DNA of 64,000 bases from assembly GCF_902459465.1 (NCBI RefSeq), contig NC_047070.1, positions 19,282,001 through 19,346,000 on the forward strand, in the 5' to 3' direction. The notes beneath the pieces are model-generated. The model saw nothing but the letters and a program-made list of their open reading frames with translations, ran no database searches and had not been told where the DNA came from. This document shows positions 62,682-64,000 of this stretch, piece by piece (position 1 is the first letter of the stretch; each line of letters begins with the position of its first letter). Both the position numbers and the translations under genes were made by a program. This DNA is from Asterias rubens (taxonomy: Eukaryota).

Positions 62682-64000
62682 TGATGTGAAGATCAGTAGC
62701 ACTCACTGCTCAGCCAGAATCCACAAAATACTTTTCATTATTATTTACAATTTACATACAATATTTTGCCACTTTTCTTTCTTGTGAAATAATATATAGT
62801 GTACTACTACTACTAGCTAAAAACTAAGGCTTGTACTTCTACCTAAATAGAGGCAACCATATTTATATCATTCACTAATAAAAAGGTTTGTATTGCCCCC
62901 TTTGACCTTGTTGATTGTAAACAATGTCTACCTAGTGAAATGTCAATCCATCAAATCAATCATGTGAAAAAGTAGCCCCAACAAAAACATACCCAATCAT
63001 GAATCAGTGTGGCAATAATACGGGAATTTTTTAGATCATGTTAAATTCCCTGGTCTGTTACTTCACCAGGAATCGATGTTAAATCGTCACATTTAGCTTG
63101 TTTAGTAAGAAAATCCTACCTCATAATCCGGCCGTCCATCCAGACGAGAAGTACAGGCCCACACACAGCCCACACAGTTGTCAATGCACGACTGATGCAG
63201 TGCTATTTCTCATCATTACTAGTCAGTTCAACGCATTAACTCTATTTGAACATTGTTAGTGGTATACGAGGAGCCAGACCAATCTGGTTTCTAGACTTGT
63301 CATTGGTGTTTTTCATAATGTAACGATACTTTAAAAGGAAACAGTCATCACAAAAGCTTGCTAAGCACAGAAAAGCTGATACCAGCAGCTAACATTCCAT
63401 TAGTTTACATTGTTGTGACTGGTGCCCCACTAAAGTTTTGCTTAGCAAACAAATGTTTTTGCTTAACAGCTTTATGGCCCAAAAACTGTAACAAGATAAA
63501 ACAACCTAGTTTCTGTCTGTTCAATATTTTATTATTTGAATAATCAGTTTAAAGTTATTAAATTATTACATCCACCTCTGATATCCACCTGCCATTACAT
63601 TCATAACAAAAGTGTAATTTCCTTTGAACTAAACTTCTGACCAATGCCTTTGACCATACAACTCATGCTTTGACCCCCGACCTCATTTCACGGACAACAT
63701 TGAAGTTGCCGCACAGGCAAGTTGCCGTAAAATCCGTGCGCTAATTGCAAAAAAAGTAGTTCGCCAATGAATTGTAAAAATAGAATAATTATGTTTGTTT
63801 TTATTATGACTTTTATTCTGAAATTTCTTTGAAGATTTCTTTTTAAAAGGTTAGTTGTTTATTACTGTACAAATTCAATGTGTAATTTTCGCATTATTTG
63901 ACTGTAACTTGTCGCGTATTAATAGTGCGAGGGTGCATCGGTCTGGAGGAATGCAAAAGTGGCAAATTTAATTGTGCTCTGGAGCTGACATTTAAACCCG

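Overview
Eukaryotic, AT-rich, intron-containing DNA from an invertebrate animal. The gene set and repeat types suggest an echinoderm such as a sea star, but this is inference. No rRNA, true tRNA or CRISPR features were found. Six protein-coding genes were reconstructed by hand from splice sites: (1) CFAP206 (+); (2) RNPC3/U11-U12 65K (-), whose last intron is a U12-type intron; (3) UBOX5/RNF37 (+), head-to-head with RNPC3; (4) an uncharacterised acidic/CCCH-zinc-finger/coiled-coil protein (+); (5) a ~2,600-aa protein joining RRM, KH-like modules, a macrodomain, extra Cys-rich fingers and a Deltex RING-DTC ligase (+); (6) RNF139/TRC8 (-). Introns and spacers hold many non-autonomous DNA transposons, tRNA-derived SINEs, LINE fragments and tandem repeats. 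The strongest leads are: the single-chain macrodomain + RING-DTC protein (PARP9/14-like ADP-ribose module fused to a DTX3L-like ligase); a possible AT-AC intron nested in the GT-AG U12 intron of RNPC3; three tandem repeats that copy an exon end plus its splice donor; a minimal hammerhead ribozyme; and a 1,065-bp foldback element with a 9-bp TSD. All coordinates and alignments were read by eye; no database search was run.
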